From positions 64,001 through 128,000 of the forward strand of contig JANRIL010000040.1 of NCBI GenBank assembly GCA_033764955.1: a stretch of 64,000 bases of DNA, in the 5' to 3' direction. Positions 40,483 to 49,985 of the stretch are shown here, in pieces; position 1 is the first letter of the stretch, and the number at the start of each line of letters is the position of its first letter. The position numbers were made by a program, and so were the translations under genes. Below the pieces are notes generated by a model. The model did not search any database and had not been told where the DNA came from. It saw only the letters and a list, made by a program, of their open reading frames with translations. Source of the stretch: Cyanobacteriota bacterium. Lineage in GTDB: Bacteria; Cyanobacteriota; Cyanobacteriia; Thermostichales; Thermostichaceae.

Positions 40483-41649
40483 TTAGGAATGATGGGTCGC
40501 TGGCTGAGAGGCTGCCTTCTCAGATAAGGCTTTAGCCATTGTGGAGAGCAAGAGCTTTGGATCAATAGGTTTGGCCATAAAGTCGTAACAGCCCACCATC
40601 TTGGCGCGAAAACGGTTCACAATACCGTCACTGCTGCTTAGGGCAATCATGGGGGTTTCGCTAAAATGTGGCTGTTTGCGGAGTTGCGTAACCAACTCAT
40701 AGCCACTCAGATGGGGCAGCTCCAGATTGACAAGGATCACATCGGGTTTCTGCTGCATCAACTGTCGAATGGCTCGCAAGGGATCCTGAAAGGTTACCAC
40801 CCGATGTCCGGTGCGGGTAAGCAGTATCTCTAGGGATTGACAGACCCAGCGATCTTCGTCAATGCAGGCAACCAGGATGGCTGGGCAGGAGTCGCGGCTA
40901 ATGGGAGGAATGGGATCCGGCAAGTCGGGTAGGGTAACCACCTCAATTTGGCCGGACTGCAAATAAGGGGCTAGGGAGGATCCCAGATCGGCGATGTCTT
41001 GGTTGAAGGAGCGAGCCAGATCAAAAAAAGTTTGTTGCCCATCCAATCCTTCCGCCCAGGGCAGTGTTGACCAGTCTTGCCCCACCTCGATCTGAGAAGG
41101 GCAAAGAATCGGAGCCTGCCAGGGATAGCAGTGAGCTAAGCCCCTTTCCTGCCAGCGTTGGATCTGCTGGGGCAAACCCGCGAAGAGGACTTCGGGATCG
41201 AGCAACACAGGATGGGTGGAAAAGGGACTCTCTTGGGGAATCAGCTTGAGATCAGACCAAGCCAAAAGGCTGACCTCCAGCAAGACCTCTTGCAGAGCCG
41301 CCTGAATCAGTGCTGTTACCTGCTCGCGGCCAATCCAACGTCGCTCCAACCACCAGCAGAGCAGTTCATATTCCCAGCACACCCCTAAACTGTTGGAAAC
41401 CGCGTCCGAAAGATTGGTGGGCAGTTGAATGGTTTCTAGTTGGAGGTTAGGACAGTAGGCGGCTAAACAACGTCGCCAGCGCCGCACCCGATGTGGCCCG
41501 CCATTGGCGTAGAGCAACCGCCCTAGGTGAAAGTGAAAGGTATAGCTCTGGGATCCCGTCAGGATCATTTGCCCACTAAAACAGTCCCGCTTAAGGCTGA
41601 ATAGTCGGTCAGACAAGCTAGAGAGAAGAAGGGTGCTGCGCCTAGACAT
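40483..41649 (-). CDS. PatA-type response regulator (PATAN/DUF4388 plus receiver)
   Basis: FSGQM...F.LGRLLYA.GG.H.VRRWRR N-domain; C-terminal REC domain whose phosphoacceptor position reads N (ILVNLELP). Confidence 0.85.
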   Translation of the reverse strand: MSRRSTLLLSSLSDRLFSLKRDCFSGQMILTGSQSYTFHFHLGRLLYANGGPHRVRRWRRCLAAYCPNLQLETIQLPTNLSDAVSNSLGVCWEYELLCWWLERRWIGREQVTALIQAALQEVLLEVSLLAWSDLKLIPQESPFSTHPVLLDPEVLFAGLPQQIQRWQERGLAHCYPWQAPILCPSQIEVGQDWSTLPWAEGLDGQQTFFDLARSFNQDIADLGSSLAPYLQSGQIEVVTLPDLPDPIPPISRDSCPAILVACIDEDRWVCQSLEILLTRTGHRVVTFQDPLRAIRQLMQQKPDVILVNLELPHLSGYELVTQLRKQPHFSETPMIALSSSDGIVNRFRAKMVGCYDFMAKPIDPKLLLSTMAKALSEKAASQPATHHS

Positions 41650-41975
41650 CTGTGAAACCCGCCAGCCGAGTGTTCAATAAATTGAATGATGGGGAACTTT
41701 TGTTGCAAAATTTTGACTAGAGAAATAGGGATATTTATCCAACAAATTTCTGGTATTTATCTTCGCACAAACTCGAAAGCCTTGCCAGTCAAGGCATTAG
41801 ACATATCCAAACTTGGGTAAAATCTCGATTATCTCATTCGTTGCAGACAGCTAGACCCATCTGTACTTATACGGATATAAGGAAGAGGCTAGGCCAGATT
41901 CCAGGCAAGAATACTCCCCATGGGTGAGGACAATAAGTGATAAAAAGAAGGCAATGGTAGGGATCCCCGACACTC

Positions 41976-42983
41976 ATGCAGATCAACCGGATTTTGGCTG
42001 TTACTCTGATTCTTGTTTGCCTACTGGCCGCGCTGGTGGGGGGATCCCGTACCCTCAAGGCCAGTCCGGCCAGTCCATTGGCGGGGGGGGGGCTAGGGCG
42101 AATTGCCGTCGTCAAAGTAGAGGGAGCGATTGGACAGGAGAGTTCGGGGTTTGTCTCAGCGGGATCCCTAGAAACCCGTCTACTCAAGCTAGCCAAAGCT
42201 AGTGATGTGAAAGGGGTGCTCTTGCAGATCAACAGCCCCGGTGGACGGGTGGGCACCAGCCAAGAGATTTATCGAGCGATTCTGGCTATCAAGGCCGCCC
42301 AAAAACCCGTGGTGGCCACGATGGGGGATATTGCCGCCAGTGGTGGATACTATATTGCCAGCGCCGCCGATAAAATTTTTGCCAATCCGGGCAGCTTGAC
42401 GGGCAGTATTGGGGTCATCCTGCAAGGACTGAGTTTTGGGGAATTGCTGGAGGAGTATGGCATTCAACCGCAAACGTTTAAGACGGGAGCCTACAAAGAT
42501 ATTTTGTCTCCCTATCGTCTGTCCACCCCCGCCGAGAAGGAATTGTTGCAAGCCTTGATTGAAGATACGTTAGATCAATTTGTCGAGGATGTTTCCCAAG
42601 GACGGCAGCAGATCCCCAGCCAAGCAGATATTCTCTCGGAGGAGATGCTCACGCTCCGCCAGCAGATGACTCCTAGCCGTGTGCGCGAGCTAGCGGATGG
42701 ACGGGTTTTTACGGGACGACAGGCGGTGACGGTGGGTTTAGTGGATGCCATCGGTAGTTATCCAGAAGCGCTGGCGGATCTGCGGCGATTGTTGAAGGAT
42801 GACCAGGAAATGTTGAGTGTTGGGGAAGAGGGAGCCGGAGTGGAAAGCGTGATTCGCCGCTTATTGTTGTCGCAGTTGTCCGGATCTGCTGGCTTGGGAT
42901 CCCCTTGGGCAGGCGGGCTATGGCAAGAAGGGCGTCCAGAGGTGTCGCTCCTCTGGTTGGCTCCCGCCTGGTTAACTCATTAA
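41976..42983 (+). CDS. sppA: Signal peptide peptidase SppA (36K type)
   Basis: INSPGG, AASGGYYIA, TGSIGV, K.GAYKD and ADGRVFTGRQA. Confidence 0.92.
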   Translation: MQINRILAVTLILVCLLAALVGGSRTLKASPASPLAGGGLGRIAVVKVEGAIGQESSGFVSAGSLETRLLKLAKASDVKGVLLQINSPGGRVGTSQEIYRAILAIKAAQKPVVATMGDIAASGGYYIASAADKIFANPGSLTGSIGVILQGLSFGELLEEYGIQPQTFKTGAYKDILSPYRLSTPAEKELLQALIEDTLDQFVEDVSQGRQQIPSQADILSEEMLTLRQQMTPSRVRELADGRVFTGRQAVTVGLVDAIGSYPEALADLRRLLKDDQEMLSVGEEGAGVESVIRRLLLSQLSGSAGLGSPWAGGLWQEGRPEVSLLWLAPAWLTH

Positions 42984-42997
42984 AGGGAGCATAAGAG

Positions 42998-44203
42998 ATG
43001 GAGGGATCCCTGGTGGAGCGGGTGGGATCCGCAAGCCCGTTCCCACAGCTAACGAGTGCCCATTTGCTTTTGCCCAGCGACGCTTATGAGCTAGCCAGGA
43101 GTCGCGCCTGGGTTGAGGTGGATCGGCAGGCTTTGCACCACAACCTAAAGGTGTTGCGCCAGCAGTTGAGGGCTGATACCCAGATTTGGGCAGTGGTTAA
43201 GGCCAATGCCTATGGTCATGGTGTCCAGATTATTGCTCCTACCGCCATCGCTGCCGGAGCCGAAGGGGTTTGTGTCGCCACCCTGGCGGAAGGGATGGAG
43301 TTGCGCCAGCAGGGGTTAACTGCCTCGATTTTGGTGCTGGGGGCACTCAACACCGAACTGGAGGTTAAACTCGCCCTCTCTTCCCAACTGGATTTGACCC
43401 TTACGGATGCAGGTCAGATCCCTCTTCTACAGGCCGTGGGATCCCGCCATCCCACCCCGATTCCCCTACACCTGAATGTGGATACGGGCATGACCCGCTT
43501 GGGTGTACCTTGGCAGCAAGCCGCCGCTATTTGGCAGGATTTGCTCCAGATCCCAGAATTTGCCTGTCGCAGTTTGTATTCCCATTTGGCTACCGCCGAT
43601 GAAGTGGATACCCAGGTGGTGGAGCTGCAGGAGCAGCGCTTCCAGACTGTGATTGAAGACTTACAGGCACGGGGCTTAGGGATCCCTGTTTTGCATGTCG
43701 ACAATTCGGCGGGAGCTTTAGCCAGTCGGCGGCGGCATCATCAACGGGTTCGTCTGGGGCTGGTGCTTTATGGGTTGGCTCCGGCATCCCATCTCCATCT
43801 AGAGGATTTGCGCCCCCTCCTACAAATCAAAGCCCGCATTACCCATCTGCAATGGGTGGAGGCAGGCACAGGGGTCAGCTACGGCCATCGCTATCTCACC
43901 CCTCAAGCCGCCCGCATTGCCACCGTGGCGATTGGCTATGCCGATGGGATCCCCCGCCGATTGTCCGGTTGGTTGCAGGGCTATCTGCACGGACAAAAAA
44001 TTCAACAGGTGGGCACAATCACCATGGATCAATGTATGTGGGATGTCACCCCCCTAAAGCAGGTGGCGGTTGGGGATGTGGTGGAACTGTTTGGAGCCGA
44101 TCTCACCCCCCAGCACTGGGCCGATCATCTGGGCACGATTGCCTATGAAATTTTGTGTGGCTTTTCCGCCCGCTTGCCCCGCCTAGAAAAAGCATCCGGT
44201 TAG
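42998..44203 (+). CDS. alr: Alanine racemase
   Basis: AVVKANAYGHG PLP-lysine motif, DTGMTRLG, IGYADG and TIAYEILC. Confidence 0.95.
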   Translation: MEGSLVERVGSASPFPQLTSAHLLLPSDAYELARSRAWVEVDRQALHHNLKVLRQQLRADTQIWAVVKANAYGHGVQIIAPTAIAAGAEGVCVATLAEGMELRQQGLTASILVLGALNTELEVKLALSSQLDLTLTDAGQIPLLQAVGSRHPTPIPLHLNVDTGMTRLGVPWQQAAAIWQDLLQIPEFACRSLYSHLATADEVDTQVVELQEQRFQTVIEDLQARGLGIPVLHVDNSAGALASRRRHHQRVRLGLVLYGLAPASHLHLEDLRPLLQIKARITHLQWVEAGTGVSYGHRYLTPQAARIATVAIGYADGIPRRLSGWLQGYLHGQKIQQVGTITMDQCMWDVTPLKQVAVGDVVELFGADLTPQHWADHLGTIAYEILCGFSARLPRLEKASG

Positions 44204-44259
44204 TTTGAGGGGACGGCTGCTCACGTTGACCCCGTGCCGTGGCCGTCATGGATGTCAAC

Positions 44260-45620
44260 TAGAACAGCATTCCTCCCGCGCTCTACCTGAAAGGTGAGCG
44301 TCGGGAGGAATGCGCGGCAGATTGAGGGGTTCGATACCCTGAAAGCTGCCAAATACGGTATAGTCGAAGCAAGAAATTTCACCATTTGAAAATGACTCAA
44401 GTCCTTACGGTTTCTTGTAAATTGACGGTCACGCCGCAGCAGGTTGAAAAACTGGATGCGGTGCTTTCCGCCTTTGCAGCCTGCTGTGAGTTCGTGAATG
44501 CTAAGACCCCTGAAAAGCTGACAAACCAGATTGCCGTGCAGTCCTTGATTTACAAGGAGGCTAGAGCGCATTCTGGTTTGTCCGCCCAAATGACCATCCA
44601 CGCTATCCGGCGTGTCTGTGCGAACCGGAAGACAGCTAAGCAGAAGGGTAGGCTCGTTAAAGGGTTTGCCCCAACTTCCGCCACTTACGACAGCCGCACC
44701 TTCACGTTGCGCCAAGGCGCCGCTAGCACGAACAGAGAACCCGATTGGGTGGTTAGCTTGACTATGTTGAAGGGTAGAGAGAAGTTTAAGCTGCACATCG
44801 GCAACTACCAGAAGCATCTGCTGCAAGGGCAAAGCCCCAAGTCGGCAACGCTGGTTAAACGCAATGATGGCAGCTTCTACCTGCAAATCCAGTTGGAGTC
44901 TGAGCCGCCAGCCATCCCCGATACGGACGATGTGCTGGGAGTCGATTTGGGGCGCACCGACATCGCTTGTACATCCGAAGGAGGGAAGTTCAGCGGAAGG
45001 CAGGTCATGCAGACCAGGGACAAATACAGTCGTGTAGGGGCTTGGTTGCAACGCAAAGCGTCCAAAGGCACAAGGTCTAGTCGGCGCCGCTGCCGTCAGC
45101 TCTTGCAACGGTTGAGTGGACGTGAACGAAGATTCCAAGCATGGTTGAACCATACCAGCAGTTATCGACTGATCCAGAAGGCCAAAGCCGCAAATCAGTC
45201 CACCGCCCTTGAGGATCTCATAGGTATCAGAGAACGCACCAACGAACTGCCACGCTCTAAGACGGAGCGTAGACGGTCTAACAGTTGGGCGTTTTATCAG
45301 TTGCGCCAATTTCTGACCTATAAAGGCGTGAAGTTTGGCGTGGACGTGAGGCTGGTAGATCCTCGCTACACCTCGAAAACTTGTCATTGATGCAAAGTGA
45401 TCGGCAATCGACAGGGCAAAAAGTTTGAGTGCCTGAACCTGTCCTGCGGATGGGTCGGTGATGCTGATGTAAATGGAGCGAAAAATATCGCTACTTTGGG
45501 GGCGCTCGTAAACCGCCCTAGAGGCTCCGAGGTAATGTCTTGCTCTTTGCAAGATGTTGTCTTGAGGGCTACTGAAAGCCCGCTCCCTACCGATTAGGCG
45601 GTCGGAGTCGGGTAGTTTAC
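44260..45620 (+). mobile_element. IS200/IS605-family element, tnpB only (IS1341-like); ends approximate
   Basis: Left hairpin GCATTCCTCCCG...CGGGAGGAATGC (44267-44313); tnpB; right-end hairpin ending CGGGTAGTTTAC; no tnpA; no GGGATCCC sites seen. Confidence 0.85.
44392..45597 (+). pseudogene. tnpB: RNA-guided endonuclease TnpB interrupted by one in-frame TGA (45388-45390)
   Basis: GVDLG (RuvC-I), ALEDL (RuvC-II), YTSKTCH*C...FECLNLSCG (Zn finger) and DADVNGAKNI (RuvC-III); 45397-45597 is in the same frame. Confidence 0.9.
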
Positions 45621-45806
45621 ACTCGTCAGCCCCTCTGCCCGACTCCGATGGGGTGACAGCTTGCCGATCTGATCCCATTCGCGTTTGTAAAGATTGTTAT
45701 CAAGAGGCAAACATTCGGTGAGGATCCCTTGTCTTTGCGGGAGAAGGGTCTCTCAGGTCAGAGTTTCGGGTGATAGTTGGCATAGACACAGTTGATCCGT
45801 TAATGG

Positions 45807-47489
45807 TTGCGTAAGGGGATCCCAATGGCTATGGATAGGGCAAAGCAGGAGATGAATACAGCGGAATTGTTGGTGCGCTGTCTAGAGAATGAGGGGGTTC
45901 GCTATATTTTTGGCCTGCCTGGTGAGGAAAACCTGGAGGTGTTACAGGCGCTACGCCATTCCTCGATTCAGTTTATTACCACTCGCCATGAGCAGGGAGC
46001 TGCCTTTATGGCGGATGTCTACGGTCGGCTGACGGGCAAAGCGGGAGTTTGTCTCTCTACGTTAGGACCAGGAGCCACCAATTTGATGACGGGGGTGGCG
46101 GATGCCAATCTGGATGGAGCGCCCTTAGTGGCCATCACCGGACAGGTGGGAACGGATCGGATGCACATTGAATCTCACCAATATCTGGATTTAGTGGCCA
46201 TGTTTGCTCCGGTAACGAAGTGGAATGCCCAAATTGTTCGCCCCAGCATTACCCCCGAAATTGTCCGCAAAGCCTTTAAGCTTGCCCAAACCGAAAAGCC
46301 GGGAGCCGTGCATATTGATCTCCCCGAAAACATCGCCGCTATGCAGGCAATCGGACAACCATTGCGGAAAGATGGCCATGAAAAAACCTTTGCTTCCTAT
46401 CATGCGTTAAACGAAGCAGCAGCCCTGATTTCGCGGGCAGTTAACCCTCTGATTTTGGTGGGTAATGGAGCCATCCGTGCCCAAGCCAGCAACGCCCTCA
46501 CCGAGTTTGCTACCCGTTTGCATATTCCGGTGGTGAATACCTTTATGGGCAAGGGGGTGATTCCCTATACTCATCCCTTGGCGCTCTGGGCAGTTGGGTT
46601 GCAGCATCGGGACTATATTAGCTGCGGGTTTGATCAAACCGATTTGGTGATTGCCATTGGCTACGATCTGATTGAATATTCTCCAAAAAAGTGGAATCCT
46701 GATGGACGGATCCCGATTGTACATATTGCTACCACCCAAGCGGAAATCGACAGCAGTTATATCCCAGAAGTTGAAGTTGTGGGGGATATCTCCGATTCAT
46801 TGCTAGAGATTTTGCGGCGGGCGGATCGAGAGGGAAAACCGGATCCCTATAGCCTAAGTTTGCGAGCCAATATCCACGCTGACTATAAGATGTATGCCCA
46901 TGACGAAGGGTTTCCCATCAAACCACAGAAGTTAATTTATGATCTGCGGCAGGTTTTAGGATCCGAAGATATTGTCATTTCGGATGTGGGTGCTCACAAA
47001 ATGTGGATGGCTCGTCATTATCATTGTGACAAACCCAATACCTGTTTAATTTCTAATGGCTTTGCGGCAATGGGAATCGCCATTCCAGGGGCGGTGGCGG
47101 CTAAGTTAGTCTATCCTGATCGCAAGGTTGTAGCCGTAACGGGAGATGGCGGGTTTATGATGAACTCCCAAGAACTAGAAACGGCCTCTCGAATTGGCAC
47201 TCCTTTTGTTACCTTGATTTTTAATGATGGGGGATATGGCTTGATTGAATGGAAGCAACACAATCATTTTGGCGAATCGGCATTTGTCAAATTCACCAAT
47301 CCCGACTTTGTTAAGTTGGCTGAAAGTATGGGACTAAAAGGCTATCGTATTCACTCAACAGAGGAGCTAATTCCTACCCTAAAAATGGCTCTTGACCAGC
47401 CAATTCCTAGCGTGATTGACTGCCCAGTTGACTATAGTGAAAACCTTTATTTCACCCAAAAATCTGAACAAATCAGTTGTGCCATTTGA
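45807..47489 (+). CDS. ThDP-dependent acetolactate-synthase-like enzyme, most likely cyanobacterial 2-oxoglutarate decarboxylase
   Basis: MNTAELLVRCLENEGV.YIFGLPGEENL, DVGAHKMW.ARHY and GDGGFMMNSQELET, as in the sll1981-type family; true start may be 45825-45852. Confidence 0.8.
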   Translation: MRKGIPMAMDRAKQEMNTAELLVRCLENEGVRYIFGLPGEENLEVLQALRHSSIQFITTRHEQGAAFMADVYGRLTGKAGVCLSTLGPGATNLMTGVADANLDGAPLVAITGQVGTDRMHIESHQYLDLVAMFAPVTKWNAQIVRPSITPEIVRKAFKLAQTEKPGAVHIDLPENIAAMQAIGQPLRKDGHEKTFASYHALNEAAALISRAVNPLILVGNGAIRAQASNALTEFATRLHIPVVNTFMGKGVIPYTHPLALWAVGLQHRDYISCGFDQTDLVIAIGYDLIEYSPKKWNPDGRIPIVHIATTQAEIDSSYIPEVEVVGDISDSLLEILRRADREGKPDPYSLSLRANIHADYKMYAHDEGFPIKPQKLIYDLRQVLGSEDIVISDVGAHKMWMARHYHCDKPNTCLISNGFAAMGIAIPGAVAAKLVYPDRKVVAVTGDGGFMMNSQELETASRIGTPFVTLIFNDGGYGLIEWKQHNHFGESAFVKFTNPDFVKLAESMGLKGYRIHSTEELIPTLKMALDQPIPSVIDCPVDYSENLYFTQKSEQISCAI

Positions 47490-47561
47490 GGGTTCAAAAG
47501 CTCTTTTTGATCTTTTGTGCTTGCCTTTTCTTCTCTTAAGATCGTGAGTAGTGTAAACGGC

Positions 47562-49787
47562 TCAGGTAACGGGATCCACCGTTACCCAGGCATTGTAGTC
47601 GGGCACACCCTCCTGGGAACGGCGAGTCTTATCGAGGAGGATATTCCCCTCCGGCCAATAAATTTGTAGGTTGCCCGGTTTAACGGCAGCAATCTGGATG
47701 CGTCCCTGATATTCTCCTTGGGCATTCCGCAGGATCACGGGATCCCCTGCCCGCAGGTGGAGAGCTTGGGCGTCGGCTGCATTCATATAGACGGCATCCC
47801 GTAGCGCTCCCGTGATGGCATCTTTCTTCTCCTGTACCATGCTGTTAAATTGCTTGCCTCGCCGTGTGGTGACCCGAAATTGCCCCGGAGGGATGGCGGA
47901 GTCGGGCAAGGGTAGGGCACTAAAGTGAGCTTTGCCGTCGGCGGTGGGAAAGTTCCAGCCAAAGCAGAGATGGGATCCCCCATACTGAAACTGATCGCCC
48001 GCTTCCTTGAGGTGTTGGATGCCAGCATATTGAGGATTCACCCGTGCAATTTCGGCGCGGATGGCTGCCGTCGAGTCAAAGCGCAATTGATCCTCCAACT
48101 CAGGACGCACCCGTTGGGCGATCTCCATAAACACCTGCCATTCTGGACGCGCTTCGCCAATCCGAGGGCCAGGAATTTCGGGACTAAAAATCACCCGTCG
48201 TTCGGTGCTGGTTTCCGTGACTCCCCCTGTCATCTCGTAGCGGGTGGTGGCGGGTAGCAAAATGACTGTATCGGCGGGATCCACCAACATCTGACTGGAG
48301 CAGACGATATCCCAATGCACCCGCAGAGGCACCTGGGCGAGTGCTCCATCCACATAATCGGGATCCGGCAAAACCTCTAGGAAGTTCCCCCCCACCGTCA
48401 GTAACACATCCAACTCTCCAGCCGCCGCCGCCTCGATCATCTCGGTCGCCGTCCGCCCCACCTGATCCGGCACCGGAAATCCCCAAAGCTGGCTGAGGGA
48501 CTCGGCATTTTCAGGACTAATCGGTTTGCCCCCCGGCAGAACGGTGGCATAGCAGCCCATCTCCGCTCCTCCCTGCACCCCCGAATGTCCGCGAATCGGC
48601 ATTAAGCCGCAGCCTTCCCGTCCGACAAACCCTTTGGTTAAGGCCAAGTTGATGATGGCACGCACATTGTCTTCCCCACAGGCATGTTGGGTGATCCCCA
48701 TACTCCAGACAAAAACCGCCTTATTAGCCTGGGCAACCATCTGGGCAAAGCGCCCCATTTCTGCTGCTGATATACCGGATAACCGTTCCAGATCTGACCA
48801 GGATTGCTGATCCAGAGAGGCTTTTAGCTCAGCAAAGCCAGTGGTGTAGTTTTCAATAAAGGCGTGATCCACTCCATTTTGCTCAATTAAGTGTTTGATC
48901 ACCCCATGCAAAAAGGCGACATCCCCGCCGATATTGACCAAGAAAAAATCTTCGACAAACTTAGTGCCAAATAGGGCGCTTTCGGGAATAGAGGGCACCC
49001 AGTAACGTTCCATCCCCGGTTCTCGATAGGTATTGATGCCCACCATGCGAGTCCCTGCTTTTTTCGCCCAATGCAGATACTTGACGGTGACGGGCTGGTT
49101 GTTGGCCACATTCGAGCCAATAAATACCAATAGATCCGTACCAATCCAGTCTTTATACGAACAGGTGGTGGCGGCGGCTCCGATCGAGGCTTTCAGGGCA
49201 GCGGTGCTGGGGGAGTGACAGATACGGGCTGCATTATCGATGTGGTTGCATCCCATTGCCCGCATCGCCTTTTGGATGGCATAGTAAGTTTCATTAACCG
49301 TGCCTCGACTGGTCACATATCCACTAATCCGTGCGGGGGAGGAGGCGCGAATCCGCTCAGCAATAGTGGAGAGGGCTTCTTCCCAGGAAATACGCTGAAA
49401 GCCGGCATCCCCTTTTTGTCTCAACATCGGATAGGGTAAGCGCCCCATTTCCCGCAGTTGGGCACTTTTGAGTCCGCGCAATGCCGCCACATCCTGCAAA
49501 CGAGCGATATCCAGGGATCCCATCGTATTCATTTGCAAGAGGCGCAGCCGCACATTACAAACATGCAGCCCATCCAACGTCCAATCCTTCATGCCCGTTG
49601 TACCAAGGGCACAGCCATCGCAAACCCCTTTGTTGAGAATCTCCCAGGCATAGGGCAGATTTTGCCGACTTTGCCAGATAGCCCGCATCACCTCCCAATA
49701 ATTGTTGGGATATTGCTCTCCCCATCCAAAGGGCTTCCAGGTAGCCCAATGTTCGGGAGTCCAACCAGATTGGGGTTTTGGCAGCAT
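47562..49787 (-). CDS. FdhF/YdeP family molybdopterin oxidoreductase
   Basis: GVCDGCALG, NAARICHSPS, PIRGHSGVQG and TRRGKQFNS. Confidence 0.9.
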   Translation of the reverse strand: MLPKPQSGWTPEHWATWKPFGWGEQYPNNYWEVMRAIWQSRQNLPYAWEILNKGVCDGCALGTTGMKDWTLDGLHVCNVRLRLLQMNTMGSLDIARLQDVAALRGLKSAQLREMGRLPYPMLRQKGDAGFQRISWEEALSTIAERIRASSPARISGYVTSRGTVNETYYAIQKAMRAMGCNHIDNAARICHSPSTAALKASIGAAATTCSYKDWIGTDLLVFIGSNVANNQPVTVKYLHWAKKAGTRMVGINTYREPGMERYWVPSIPESALFGTKFVEDFFLVNIGGDVAFLHGVIKHLIEQNGVDHAFIENYTTGFAELKASLDQQSWSDLERLSGISAAEMGRFAQMVAQANKAVFVWSMGITQHACGEDNVRAIINLALTKGFVGREGCGLMPIRGHSGVQGGAEMGCYATVLPGGKPISPENAESLSQLWGFPVPDQVGRTATEMIEAAAAGELDVLLTVGGNFLEVLPDPDYVDGALAQVPLRVHWDIVCSSQMLVDPADTVILLPATTRYEMTGGVTETSTERRVIFSPEIPGPRIGEARPEWQVFMEIAQRVRPELEDQLRFDSTAAIRAEIARVNPQYAGIQHLKEAGDQFQYGGSHLCFGWNFPTADGKAHFSALPLPDSAIPPGQFRVTTRRGKQFNSMVQEKKDAITGALRDAVYMNAADAQALHLRAGDPVILRNAQGEYQGRIQIAAVKPGNLQIYWPEGNILLDKTRRSQEGVPDYNAWVTVDPVT

Positions 49788-49985
49788 AGGAGGTATCCGC
49801 AGGAATAAATAGGAAGAATCGAATCAGTCGTTGGTGGGGGTTTATCTGAAAAGTTTTTTGTGGGCACTTGAGGCTAAAGTTGGCGGGGTCTATTTAGTCT
49901 CTGGTTAACTATAGATTCAGAGAGCAAAAAACGAAAGCTCAGCTTCTCCCCCTGCACAGGCAAGAAACCGACTCAGGCCATTGCT

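Noticed and set aside
44221..45678. 485-codon antisense ORF spanning the whole tnpB element
   Set aside because: It lies in exact codon register with tnpB, has no recognisable motifs and crosses both element ends; it is best explained as a shadow ORF
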